From the NCBI GenBank assembly GCA_021432655.1, contig MU271194.1:1-64000 (forward strand): a stretch of 64,000 nt of DNA. Direction: 5' to 3'. The notes beneath the pieces are model-generated. The model ran no database searches, was not told the DNA's origin, and saw nothing but the letters and a program-made list of their open reading frames with translations. Source of the stretch: Atractiella rhizophila. Its lineage: Eukaryota. Below are positions 52,902-64,000 of this stretch, piece after piece. Each line of letters begins with the position of its first letter. Position 1 is the first letter of the stretch. The translations under genes were made by a program, and so were the position numbers.

Positions 52902-54519
52902 TTCAGATCTTCGAATTCCTAAAATCTCTGGGGTAAAGGTAAAGACTAGGTAAAAGGCAAAGCTGGAGACAAGCAGCAGCTGGGACTCCAGCTGGAGGAG
53001 ACACGTGATACGGACGTTTGACGTGCGCATCGCGTACGCTGACGCGACAAGAACGAGTCAAAGGTCAAACGATCAGTGAAACAACGAGGATGAGCACCAT
53101 GAAGTTTTAAGGGACAAGGGGTAACAGGCCATTTATGGACAACTCGAGAGAGTGCGGAGCGTGCTAACTAAATTGAACTCAGGGAGTTTTGGGTGCGTTC
53201 CTTCCTGGTGTTTGTCTTTTCATGGAGTTAGAACGCCAGCATAGAGGATCTGGTGTTTTCGAAGATTGGTTCAGTCAAGAAGAATGATATCTTCTTCCAG
53301 TCAAACATGTGAGCGAATGTTATAGAAAGGATGGTCTTTGAAACAACATGTTGGGTGAACGATTGTGGGAAGCTTCGCTACTGCAGCAAGGAGACGAAAG
53401 ACTGAAGTAGAGCTCCAGATTTATACTAGTGCGACGAGATGAGCTGTACAGCGTCATACCTTTGTACTCTTAGTCTAACGTTTGGGTATTGCGGCCTGGG
53501 AACGAACCGTCTCCAGCGCTTCGTTGACTGCTTCTAAAGACTTTAGAATCCGCCTACTATGGCTGACTTTGACTCGCAATTTAACTCGCACCCAACATGC
53601 ATTACTCTCCACGGAGTAGAACAATCAAGGAATTTACATGTTTGAATCGTGTTTATCTCGCAAGGAACCACCGTTTCATGCTCCAAACAACTAGGTACCT
53701 GACGGGCATCGAGAAGTAATGGTGTATATGCCTAAGCGATGCAACGGACAACTTTTGCCGCGAGAACCCGACCTACGATGACAAATGTGCGTCTCCTGTT
53801 CTCAAGTTTGAGGCAGGCTACACGTTAGCCATATACTGCTGCCACACGCTAGCATGCAAGCAGGAACCATCCGTGCCTAGTTTACCTGTCGGATTATCCG
53901 ATATAACGAGTGCCATGTTGAAGAAGTTTGATTTGTTGACACCGATCTTGTGTTCGCGAAAAGGAGAACGACAGTTTGTTACAAATTCGGCTTTGCGGAT
54001 AAGCAGTCAGGAACTTTGTTATCAGCCGAGTCGAAGTGTTCGTTCAAGTTGTGTTCGGTCACTATTTGCACATTTGCGCGACAGGTTCCTGAAACTCCCC
54101 AATGTCGTATCGCAAGTTTCTGCAGCTCAGTCCCATAATGGAAATGGAAAGGCACATTATCGGCTGGCTTGTTGATCAGCTTTATCCTGCGATAACTTTC
54201 GCACAACACTTGCCGCTTTCCGACCTCTTCCCAAGGCGTCTGCACTTTCCACCTCACCACGAAACCGAAGCCAAGGCAGGCAACTCTGCCTGAAAGGAAA
54301 TGTGCTACGTATGTGGGACGGAGAACCGTGTTAGTTGTGACGTTTGACAGAAAAAGACATTCAAAATGCAATGCCTATCACGGGAAGGTGGAGCATGACT
54401 CTTATCCTTTGCTCAACCGAACGCGTGAAGTTGGAAATGAGCTCCGTCCCATAAAGAGGCCTGCAGTTGCTGCTGCTTTCCCTCACCCAATCCAGCAGCA
54501 GAAATTTGGAATCCCAACC

Positions 54520-56610
54520 ATGACGAGCCCCGACCTGAAAAGCCGTTCCATGCTGAACGCATTTCGAGACCTTGTGTCTACTCCTACTCCATATCATGCA
54601 CTTTTCGTATCTTTCGTCTACAGCTCGCTCTCTGCGCTTCCCCTGCCAGTTCAGCCCACTTTGTACAGACTTTTCGCGTGCAGGTATTATTATCATACCC
54701 ATCCTTCGACTGAAGCCGAGGCAATCTTTGAAGCCGAGTTCGACATTCACACGCCGATTAGTCATGATCCAGGAAATACTGTTGTGAGTGATTTGTTTTG
54801 TTTCTAATCAACAACAAATTGCTGATTTGTTTCAATTGATGGAAAGCCCGCTATTTGCCATGCTACTGAAGTTGAGAAACTGACCGGGACACTGGTCTCC
54901 GTCCTCTCCACCTTGGCGATGATATGCAGCTTGTTGTCTATCTCCTTCTTTTCGCATCTTGTTGCTCAATGGGGTAAGTGTCGCTTTGAAAGCAAGTCAG
55001 AGTCTGTGAGGCTGACCTGGTAGCAGGGAGAAAAAGGGTCATCCTGCTTGTGTTGTGCTCGGCTCTCGTGTCAAACGCATCTGTTATTGCAGCAAGTAGG
55101 CTTATTATCCATCTCCGCCACTTAAGGACCGAAGAAGCTGATGAAGAGTGCAGTTTGGATGTACGGCAAGGTCGGATTCGGATTCCTCGTCTTTGGCTTG
55201 TTCCTCAGTGGCATCTTTGGCGACTTCCTGTTCATGCTCTCCATTTCGAACTACATCATCGATACTGTCGAGCCTTCTTCTAGGGCTATCTTTTTCGCCT
55301 TCGACAGAGGTCTTTTGATGTTCGGCGCTGCTGTCAGCTCTACTCTAGGTGGATGGTCCAGCTCACTTACTGGGTACGTGTTGTAATTTTTGATACCACA
55401 AGTTCGAATTGTAATTGTGTGGACAGGAAAATGAAGACGCCTTTCTGGATCTCTTTCTTCGGAATACTTGTGCTCCTTGTTCTTGGTATCTTCCTACTTC
55501 CCGAATCGCTTACCGTGGAACGTCGAGCGGCGATGGCATCTCTGTATCCCGAAAACAGAGCTGACGATGACGCCAAATCCACGCATACCGTCACGAAGCA
55601 GAAGCTCAAGGCATTGGATATCACTCAAAACCTCAAGAGTCTGTTGCCCCAGACCATTGAGGATGAGCGGACTGGACTCATCAGAACTGATTATCGCGTC
55701 TTCGCCGGAACCTTGGCTTATGGAGTTTCGCTTCTCAGTAGTGGCTTCACGACAAACATGATCCTGTTGACCATTACCGTAAGTCACCCCTTGCTACGAT
55801 ACATAGCGATTGACGAGAAACTATGTATCAGGGTCGCATGAAACTCGATTCCAAAGAGACAGGATGGGTCATGAGTTACACTCTTGTCCTTTCAGTAAGC
55901 CATCGCCCCATCTCTCTTTGTTTCCAGCCTTGTTGATACTGGTTACACAGGGTTCCTTCCTGCTATTTGTCTTCCCTCTGATCAGCAAGTATGGTCGCAA
56001 GTTGTTTGAACGCAAAGCGGCGTCCCCCATCCTTCAGAATACAGCCACGGAAACCACGCCTCTGCTTATTGGAGAGGTTGAAGACGGGTCAGCAAGCTCA
56101 GATGAAGTTATCCTGGAATCTGGCGCGCCAGTGCAGCACCAACCAAAGGCTAATGAATTCGACCGCTTCCTTGCTTCTGTCTCCTGGATCATTCATGCCG
56201 CTGGTTATATCATCTTCGGGTGCCTTCTTAATTGGCCAGGTCTCCTAATCGCACTTGCTCTCGTAGCTCTTTCTGGCGGTGGTTCGGCTGCGTTGAAGAG
56301 GTGTGTGCTTGCTTACCTTTTATGCACTGTCAGCTGAACAGGTTCGCATAGTTATGTCACCAACCTCGTTGAGTTGCCCGATAAGCTTCTCAGCGGTCTC
56401 GCTATGGTGGAAACTCTTTGCCTATCTCTATCGCCTACCATCTTTGGCACCATATACGCGCTCACGTTGGTCAAGGCCCCTTGGGCGCCATGGATAGTTA
56501 GCGCCGTGCGTATTTTCTGTCTGATCACGACCCTCATTTTGAAGCCGATGTAACAGGGAACTTATTTGGTCGCGGCAATCATCATTGTCATTCCAAGAGC
56601 TCACCGCTAG
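54520..56610 (+). CDS. MFS transporter (SLC46/tetracycline-efflux-like, substrate unknown)
   Basis: Multiple hydrophobic helices, a Cys-containing first loop, WGRKRVILL, YIIDTVEPSSR, LLPESL, ETTPLL, FLSGLAMVETLCLSLSPTIFGTIY. Confidence 0.75.
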
Positions 56611-56921
56611 TTCCATGAGACGCGAATACTGGTGTCATGACAATTGAAGTGGTGAGCAAAATCACTGCTGATCTTCGAGGTTCATACCGCTTTGTGTCGT
56701 ACAATGGTATGGCCCTTTTCTTGTCAAGATCATGTCACTAACGACTCATTGACAGAGTATTGTCACAAGCCTTTAAATTGGATGCTTTCCGCCCTTTCGC
56801 GGACTGGAAATGGAAGCGTTCTTCAGGAGGCCAAACATCTTATCCTCGACCGAGAATAAATGTGGTATACAGTGGAACTCAGATGTAGATGATTGGATGT
56901 GGTTAATTGTGGTATTTACAT

Positions 56922-58086
56922 TTAACGTCCATTAAAACAGATCTCTTCTTTGTCCTCTAGCTTTGCATTAGCAGTCTTAATGAAATCCACGAATATCATA
57001 ACAACTGTAACCTCTAAAGAAATATGACTTTTCGCTCCGCTGTTGGGTAGCGTTCACTTCAGGCTCAGCGCTCAGTATGAGGTTTGGTCGTTCTCTGCCT
57101 TTCATTCGTCTGCTTCCCAAGCTCAGAAGTATGATGACGCTTGTCTTGGCTCGACGGCCCCAATAAAAAGTAAACTGGGATTTCACTGAGGAAGAGAAAG
57201 AAAAAAAGGATCCTGAGGTTACAAGCAACATTGCAACTTGAAAAATACGACAACAATCTTTCGCAAAGGTATATAACCCGGGATCGACTCTAAATCGAGG
57301 CGAAATCAATTACAACCCGTTGATCCCTACCTTTCCCTTTCCACCTTCAAGTGTTTTGTCCAAATTATCCGTATGGTCTTTGATTCGCCCAAGGTTCTCC
57401 TTGATGGACTTCATGAAGGCACTGAACTTCTTCTCTAACGCCTTAAAGTGTTTTTCTCGTTCTTCGCAATCCTTTTCAGCCCGATCCTGTACTCTAGAAA
57501 GCTTTTCTTCGAGCTCTTTGATTCGAGCTTCGCGAGCTCTCACTGGATTTTCGACTCGAGTTATTTCTTTCAAGTTTTGAAAGGCGTAGAAGAGGAGAGA
57601 ACATACATTGATCGTCAATGATGGAGAGAACGCCTCTAATCTGAAACAAACTCCTCATCACATTCTCCACCCCACGATCCTTCTCCTCGATCGCTCGCTT
57701 GAGCACCACAACTGGATGCATCGAGTCGCTCAGCTTCTTCTCAAGGTTCTCACCGTATTGCTGCGATTCTTCGAGCTGACGTGCCAAAAGGGAATTTCGC
57801 TTGCGCAGAACTTGGATGGCATTGTCACGTTGAGAGAGCCGCTTCTGAAAATTGGTCGAGAGCTCGTTTACAGCCTTGTGAGCTTTCGATGACAACTCTT
57901 CAAGTGGAGTTTCTGCTACTTATATTCATGTTCATGTTAGGTCCTTCGAACATGAACAAGAAAGAAACTTGCCGCCAGGACTTGGAGAAGGGTCTGGTTT
58001 CACCATTTCGTTAGCGTAAAGAAAGGGTCCTTTCGCGCCCTCCAACTACCTCTCACCCAGCCATTTATCTTGCCTTAAAATGGCAT
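56922..58086 (-). CDS. Hypothetical coiled-coil protein
   Basis: Heptad-rich exons at 57310-57618 and 57494-57915, joined to an ATG at 58086 through short introns (one GC-AG). The 3' end is uncertain. Confidence 0.5.
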
Positions 58087-58943
58087 ATCGATCACCAGGC
58101 AGACGGGAGAGACGCAAAGGGTTGAACTTCGACAAAGAAGCTCAGCTCTCTCCGCACGTATCAACTGATCGATAGGTTAGACATAGCAGCCGTCAATCTG
58201 ACAGGCTCCTGATTACGGCATTAATCGAGGAAAGAGAAATGGAGACGGTGGTCCATTGGAGAATCACATTTTTGCCTGGGCAGATGACGCCGATCATGTC
58301 CGCCGTTTCCAGCCAGCAACCTTTCTGATCGCGTTCTATTCTCTGAGTTCATATCTATTGCAAACAGATCAAACATTCCTGACCGTCGTGGTACAATAAG
58401 GGTTGAAGCTACTGGCAGTGGAGAATATCATAACTTTGATGTTCCAGCATGTCAGCCAAACAGTCCCTTGATGCTCTAGAACCCGTCCTGATTTGTCGGC
58501 TTGGGCAAGTTCTTCTATGAACCAAAATCAACGCAGACATCTAAATGCAGGTCGAGAGCTTTGATATCCCTAAGCAAGGTGGGAGCGTCCATCCTCCTTT
58601 GTGCTCTTTCTTAATATATACCAACTCACCAAGGTCCACCAACGTGATACCAATGAATTGACTCTTAACTCGGTACTCAAGAGTGTGCACCGAATATGGT
58701 CATCTCAAAATGAAACATTGCTCATGCTGGATCACCCTAGTTACTGTCGAGACGTCAGCCCAGATATGACAAGCCTCTGAGGAAAGTAGATGAGTAGGTC
58801 TCGTTGACAGTATTTGACTTGAACTTCCCGATCGAATCGATCGACCACGGCACTGTCACTTCTATTGCTCAGTGGTGGACGTTCAAGATTAAAGCCATCT
58901 TATTTATCGACCTTCTGTTGCATTGGCCAATTCTCTCCTGAAC

Positions 58944-60678
58944 ATGGCGCAGCTTCTCTCCGCCTTTCACCGTGCTGCCTCCTCCAACCTCAAATCGCAC
59001 GCAAACTCTGGAGCAGGAGTAAGGGACACATGGAATCCTTCAACTGAATATGTCAATGCAGCTTGGAAGTATTTGCAGTCGAGGGAAGCTGAAAGAGGAA
59101 CACTGGTTAATCGCCAAGCGGGCCGATACTTTGTGCCCGAGGAAGAGAGAGGTGGTAGGAGAAACAGGTGCGTTTATTTGATTGATAGAGGAGAGACGGA
59201 AGGGAAGAGGTGTCTGAAGAGAGATTTCCATAAGAGTGCGATCTCAACTACCCAAAATGTATTGAGGTCGAACCGTTATTATGCTAGTCCAAGCGCTGAA
59301 GACAGCTAGCTATTGAGGATCACTCATCCACAAAAAATGGTATATACTACCCATAATGGCTGTATGCTTCCATCAACCAAACATTCTTTCTCCTTCAGTC
59401 TGCCTTGAGAAACGGAATGATGTAGAGGGGGGCTCGCAGGCAAATGATGGGCCGATAGAATATCTTTCTCTGTGTTCCCTTGGGGAGGAGCACTGTTCGC
59501 AATTCACAAAGTGGGACCAACAAACGAGAACTAGGTTTGTGGGGGGGAGTTGCGGATGATCGAGCAAAAGCATCCTTTCGTTCTCACTTTCCGATTATTT
59601 GATTATTCTCGTTTCACGATCTCATTTCAAAAGGAGTAGTCGAATATCTCTACTTATAGCGAATACTCCAGGCTGGAATGCCTGCACATTGCCATTTTGA
59701 CCGCCCGGCCTATCCACGGAGTAAGATTGAGCTTGTGATGACCAATCTCACAGATACGCAGACATCCGAGCTTACAAGCCGACGAATGTGATCCTCCCTC
59801 CACCTTCAGCCTACGTGAACGCATCATACGTCTTCGAACCTTCTCTCTTCCCAACCAGTCCCGCTCCGTATCCCTGGATTGCGACCCAGGGACCGTTGCG
59901 AAACACCCTTTTCGAGTTCTACCTCCTCTTCTTCGAGGCTTCCGGTCCTCCCAAAGCGATTGTTCAGCTCACTGGACTGCAGGAAGGCGGGAGGGTTAAA
60001 TGTGAACGTTACGTCCCTTTTGAATCGGAGACATTGTCTATTGATGAAGATGTGGAGAATTCGACCAGAAAGATTGTGGTGCAGCTACAAGATGTGAAGC
60101 GGGACTCGGAGCGGTGTCTCATTCGAAGCAAGCTGAGGGTGAGCTTGCGCTCGAGCCAGGAATCTGAGGAGAGGACAACGGAGATCGACCATTTCGAGTT
60201 TCTCGATTGGAGGGACCATTCCGTGCCTGATAGCGAGGAGTCGCTGCTGAATTTCATCAAGACAGTGCTGTCAGTCAACGACGCTCATAACCCGCCTCCT
60301 CCCATCGTTATCCACTGCTCTGCTGGTGTTGGCCGTACCGGCACTCTTATCGCTATATCCACGCTGCTGCACAACCTCTCCATTCTCTCTTCCCCCGATC
60401 CACCACGGATACAACCATCGCAACCATCAGCTTTAACCCAGACCGAGGGACTACAAGCCATCTGGGAAGAATTGAACGGCGACGACGATAAGCCACGAGG
60501 TATTGGAAGGTGGGAGAGAAAGGCGAATGCAGACATCAGGAATCAGATGAGCACGGATCCCGTCGTTGTGACAGTTGACCTGCTGAGGGAACAGAGGAAT
60601 CTGATGGTGCAGACTGTGCAACAACTTGTATTTGTGTATAACTGCTTTCGGTTCGAGCTACAGAGAAATACGCAATAG
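58944..60678 (+). CDS. Classical protein tyrosine phosphatase (2 exons, intron 59168-59753)
   Basis: RNRYADI (across the intron), YVNAS, WIATQGPL, KCERY, signature VIHCSAGVGRTGT, and Q-loop LREQRNLMVQTVQQ. Confidence 0.92.
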
Positions 60679-61029
60679 ATGACCTCATACTTTTACTGTA
60701 AAAGAGGAAGACGTGATGAAAGAGAGGAGAATGTCAGAGCAGAACATGATGATTTTATGCACCAAAAATAAGAAGCATTACCCTTGCGGGCTGAGAGAGA
60801 TTTCTACAGCGACTTTGATGCTCCACGCTCCAGGTCTTCCTTAGTAAAAGGCGAAGAAAGAGTTCTATAGAAGAGCGAAGCTGCCGCGAGACATTACAAA
60901 CTTTGTGACTGTGCTTTATAAACATTTCGGTGCAAGAACAGCGTTCGATTCTGCTTAGCTTTCATTTTAATCGCATTCTTGAAAATGACATGACTCATGA
61001 AGACGACCAACATCCTTTGGCGGAGCATC

Positions 61030-63081
61030 ATGAGCTCTCCCTTACAGCTCCCGGAGTGGTTTGGACGCGTCCCGCCAGCCATACCAAAGCGTTTACCGTT
61101 GCTGCAAAGCGATCCCCCTCTTTATGTTCCCGGTTCGCCTTTTTCTTTCCCATTCTGCAAGATTTGACGACGAAGAATTGATCGATCAGGCTCTCTATCA
61201 CCCTCATCAGATGTTTCTCCACGGATATGTGAAGGATGGAAGGACACTTTTACGCAACGCGCGAAAGTATGGAGCCTGAAGGTGGATGCAAAGAGTACAG
61301 GAAAGTGGAGACAGATTCTGGAGCAACGGCCTGTATTCACATTGAGATTCTGACGGACGTATTTTGAAAAATGGCTAGAAAAATGCTTTTATCTATACCC
61401 TCTACACAAGTTATCTATGCAGATCCTACAGATGACACAAAGCGGCTTCTCCGCACCCAATACCTTGCCTCACCTATTGAGACCTCTTCTCCTTCTACCA
61501 CGGAGGATAGGGTCCCTCAACCTGCGATCAATGATCAAGAACTGCCAGATGGGGTTCATTTTGTTCCAACAGAGATTGAGCTTGGATACGACCATTGGCA
61601 ATCCGGTGCGCTCTGGGTCCAGCTTCGCATACTAGGAAACTGACGGGATGAGGAGAAAGAACAGATTCTTCAAGCTCTTCTTCCTGAAGAGCTGCTGAGC
61701 GAAACCCCCGCCAGTTTCACGATAGTGGGGGACATAGGTGAGCAGACGTAGCCACTCAAAGCTTTGATTAATGACGGCGACCTAGTACATTTGAACCTAC
61801 GAGAGCAATATTTACCGTATCGTTATCTTATCGGTCAAATAATCCTTGACGTGTGTTATTTGGCGCTTCTTTCTTTTCGGTGTGCTTACAAGACCTGCGT
61901 ATACAGCATGCACCGTACGCACGAATAGTAGTGAACAAGATCGGGGAGATCGAACATCAGTTCAGGTTTTTCGACATGGAGGTGTTAGCAAGGAAAGGAC
62001 CTGCGCGTACAACACCATCTGAATTTTCTGTCACTCTAGTTCGTCTTCTCGGCCCATCTGCCCAGTACTTACAAAGTGAAGCAAGAACTACAACACCACT
62101 GTTCTTTCCTTCGATTTTTCGAAAGTGTACTTCAACACGCGCCTGCACACCGAACACCTACGTCTCCTCATGCTTTACCTCTCTCCAGCAAACGCACATC
62201 AACTCACATCCAATGTGAAGAAGCTCCAGGCAGGATTCCCAAAGGTGCAAGAGGAATGGAAGAAGGCGACAGGTGAGGAAGTAGTCGCTGATGTCATGGC
62301 TGGAGTCGGACCTTTTGCCATTCCCGCTGCCAAAACAGGTACGATTGCTCCTTGTTGAAACCTCTAAATTCCTTAAACAGATATTGACGGTCATGCACAG
62401 GAAAATTCGTGCTTGCTAACGACTTGAATTTCCACTCATACGAGGCTTGCGCTGAGAACGCTAAAATGAATAAAGTGGGTCGCTCCTTCTGAACTTGATG
62501 AGAAAGATGGAAGTTCATTCTCTAATACGTCCCCAGGTGCAAAATTTTGCTCGCTGTTTTAACCTTGATGGGCGAGAGTTCATTCGTCAATCCGTTCAAA
62601 ACGTCTGGCGGGACCCTTTCCCCACTCCTCCTCCACCTCAGCCCAAGAAAGGCAAGCCAGAGTTTATTGCTGCTCCTCCGCCACCGCCACGGCACGTCTC
62701 CAACTACATACTCAATCTCCCGTCAACCGCTTTGGAATTTCTTGACGCATTCCGGGGTCTGCTCGTGCCCGCCCTCGAAGAAGCGGCGTGGAAGCAGCTC
62801 TATGAGGAGAAGGGGATGCCGCTCGTTCATGTTTATTGTTTTACGCGCTGCGAGGGAGACGAAGAGATAAAAGCAGACATTGAAGGAAGAGCATGTGAGG
62901 CGATGAGGTGCGAAAGAGGGGATTTAGGCGTCACTGAATGCTTTTGGGTTCGAAAAGTTGCACCGAGAAAGGTGAGCTCACTTTTAAGGCTTGGCATAAG
63001 AGAGACTTCTAACAGAGTAAGTAGGAGATGTATTGCTTAACCTTTCGGCTTCCAGAAAAAGTAGCCTTTGCCAAGGGATGA
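61030..63081 (+). CDS. TRM5: tRNA (guanine(37)-N1)-methyltransferase
   Basis: LGYDHW, LLPEELLSETPASFTIVG.IVHLNLREQYLPYRYLIGQIILD, VVNKIGEIEHQFRFFDMEVLA, VYFNTRLHTEH, VADVMAGVGPFAIPAAK, ANDLN, NLDGREFI, ILNLP, VHVYCF, VRKVAPRK.MYCLTFRLP. The start position is approximate. Confidence 0.92.
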
Positions 63082-63131
63082 AACGTTGCGCTTCCACAGC
63101 TGCTAGGTCTCCGTCAGTATAAGGAACTAAA

Positions 63132-63314
63132 TTAAACCATCGTCAAACTAATCCCAGATTCCAAACACATTCCTCTCAACTGTATGTCGGCCATGCTGTT
63201 AAACTTTTGGACAAAACTGTCGTCCTCCGAGTGAGTGAAGTCGCGAGTCATGAACATGTTGTGGCACCATGATCTCATTGTGATTCTGGTAGTAAGTGCA
63301 CCATAAGAGCGCAT
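63132..63314 (-). pseudogene. Short paralogous C-terminal fragment related to 63773-64000
   Basis: FNSMADIQLRGMCLESGISLTMV* resembles FSSMADTQLKEMCFALGISLTCL*. Confidence 0.45.
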
Positions 63315-63772
63315 ATAAGTTTATTATGCCTTTTACCTTTTTCTCGAGATTAAAATATAGTTGTTTAAGCAAAGTTAGACTCAGATGTGACTTAACATGT
63401 AAAGGGACACTACCTCTAACTTCCGTTTAACAGACCTGTATTTTGTATAGAACGGGGATAAGACTGAAAAGATGGACAAGCCCATACAGTCTGACATTCC
63501 ATGCATATATCAACGCCTGCCCCACTCGGCCAGAGAGTTTCCATCCTATATAAGGAAATCGATAAGGTGTGGTGGGAAGAGGGGACGAATGTCGCGGAAT
63601 GCTTTTGGTCCAAAAAGGTGGGCTCACATGGTGGCTCCTTCTATAACGGAAATCACTGATTCACTTATTACTTCACTTTTAACCAGCAGATGAAATACAT
63701 GCCTGCCCTCAAGTCGCAAGTCTAGCAACTTCGAAAGCGTTAAGCGCTCAAGTGTCTTGCTCCTTCCTCAAG

Positions 63773-64000
63773 TCAAAGACAGGTCAAACTAATCCCAAGT
63801 GCGAAACACATTTCTTTCAACTGAGTGTCGGCCATGCTGCTAAAAGCCTCATTGAAACCGGCACACGTCCACAGGTCAGACCGTTTCAGCCGGATGATTC
63901 GAAGTTTTCTGCTTCTTTGACGTTCGATGAGATCCATCAACTGGCCGATAGTATTCTTGATTGGCTGATAAGCAGTTTTCTGACATCTTTCCATCGTCAT
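63773..64000 (-). CDS. C-terminal end of a hypothetical (possibly LRR/F-box-type) protein continuing beyond the window
   Basis: Frame open to the window edge, with KLRIIRL and a terminal L..MC...GISL motif. Confidence 0.5.
   Translation of the reverse strand: MTMERCQKTAYQPIKNTIGQLMDLIERQRSRKLRIIRLKRSDLWTCAGFNEAFSSMADTQLKEMCFALGISLTCL

Noticed and set aside
53090..54480. Run of splice-like signals on the + strand upstream of the MFS gene
   Set aside because: No ATG-initiated frame could be threaded through it and no snoRNA boxes were found. It cannot be supported without RNA data.

Overview
Gene-dense, intron-rich eukaryotic DNA, most likely from a basidiomycete fungus. Introns are short (about 50 nt, GT-AG, CTRAC/CTCAC-like branch sites) and there are many micro-exons. 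There is one 830-nt assembly gap (about 6037-6865). About 22 spliced genes can be supported. In order: the 3' end of an NDUFAF3/Mth938-like gene, RAD14/XPA, a PEX11-family gene, glutathione-dependent formaldehyde dehydrogenase, malic enzyme, a salicylate-hydroxylase-like FAD monooxygenase, a single-pass membrane protein, an F-box/LRR-like protein, MDJ1, a small Zn2Cys6 factor, a UPF0658-like membrane protein, a secreted GH23 lysozyme-like protein, a divergent phenol 2-monooxygenase / CYP53 pair, histone H4, a divergent DAL5-type MFS / Aec37-like GH31 pair, BMT2, NECAP, a second MFS, a coiled-coil protein, a tyrosine phosphatase and TRM5. No tRNA, rRNA, CRISPR array or clearly recognisable transposon was seen. 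The most interesting points are: (1) the MFS + intracellular GH31 module sharing a promoter with six CreA/Mig1-type sites; (2) the head-to-head aromatic-catabolism pair with CGG motifs; (3) a 1.5-kb tandem duplication with mosaic identity over RAD14/PEX11; (4) two unusually long introns containing hairpins; (5) a WRD-for-WPD phosphatase loop; (6) three apparent 1-nt frameshifts that may be assembly errors. Gene models were assembled by eye, so internal exon boundaries are approximate, and family calls rest on remembered motifs rather than database searches.
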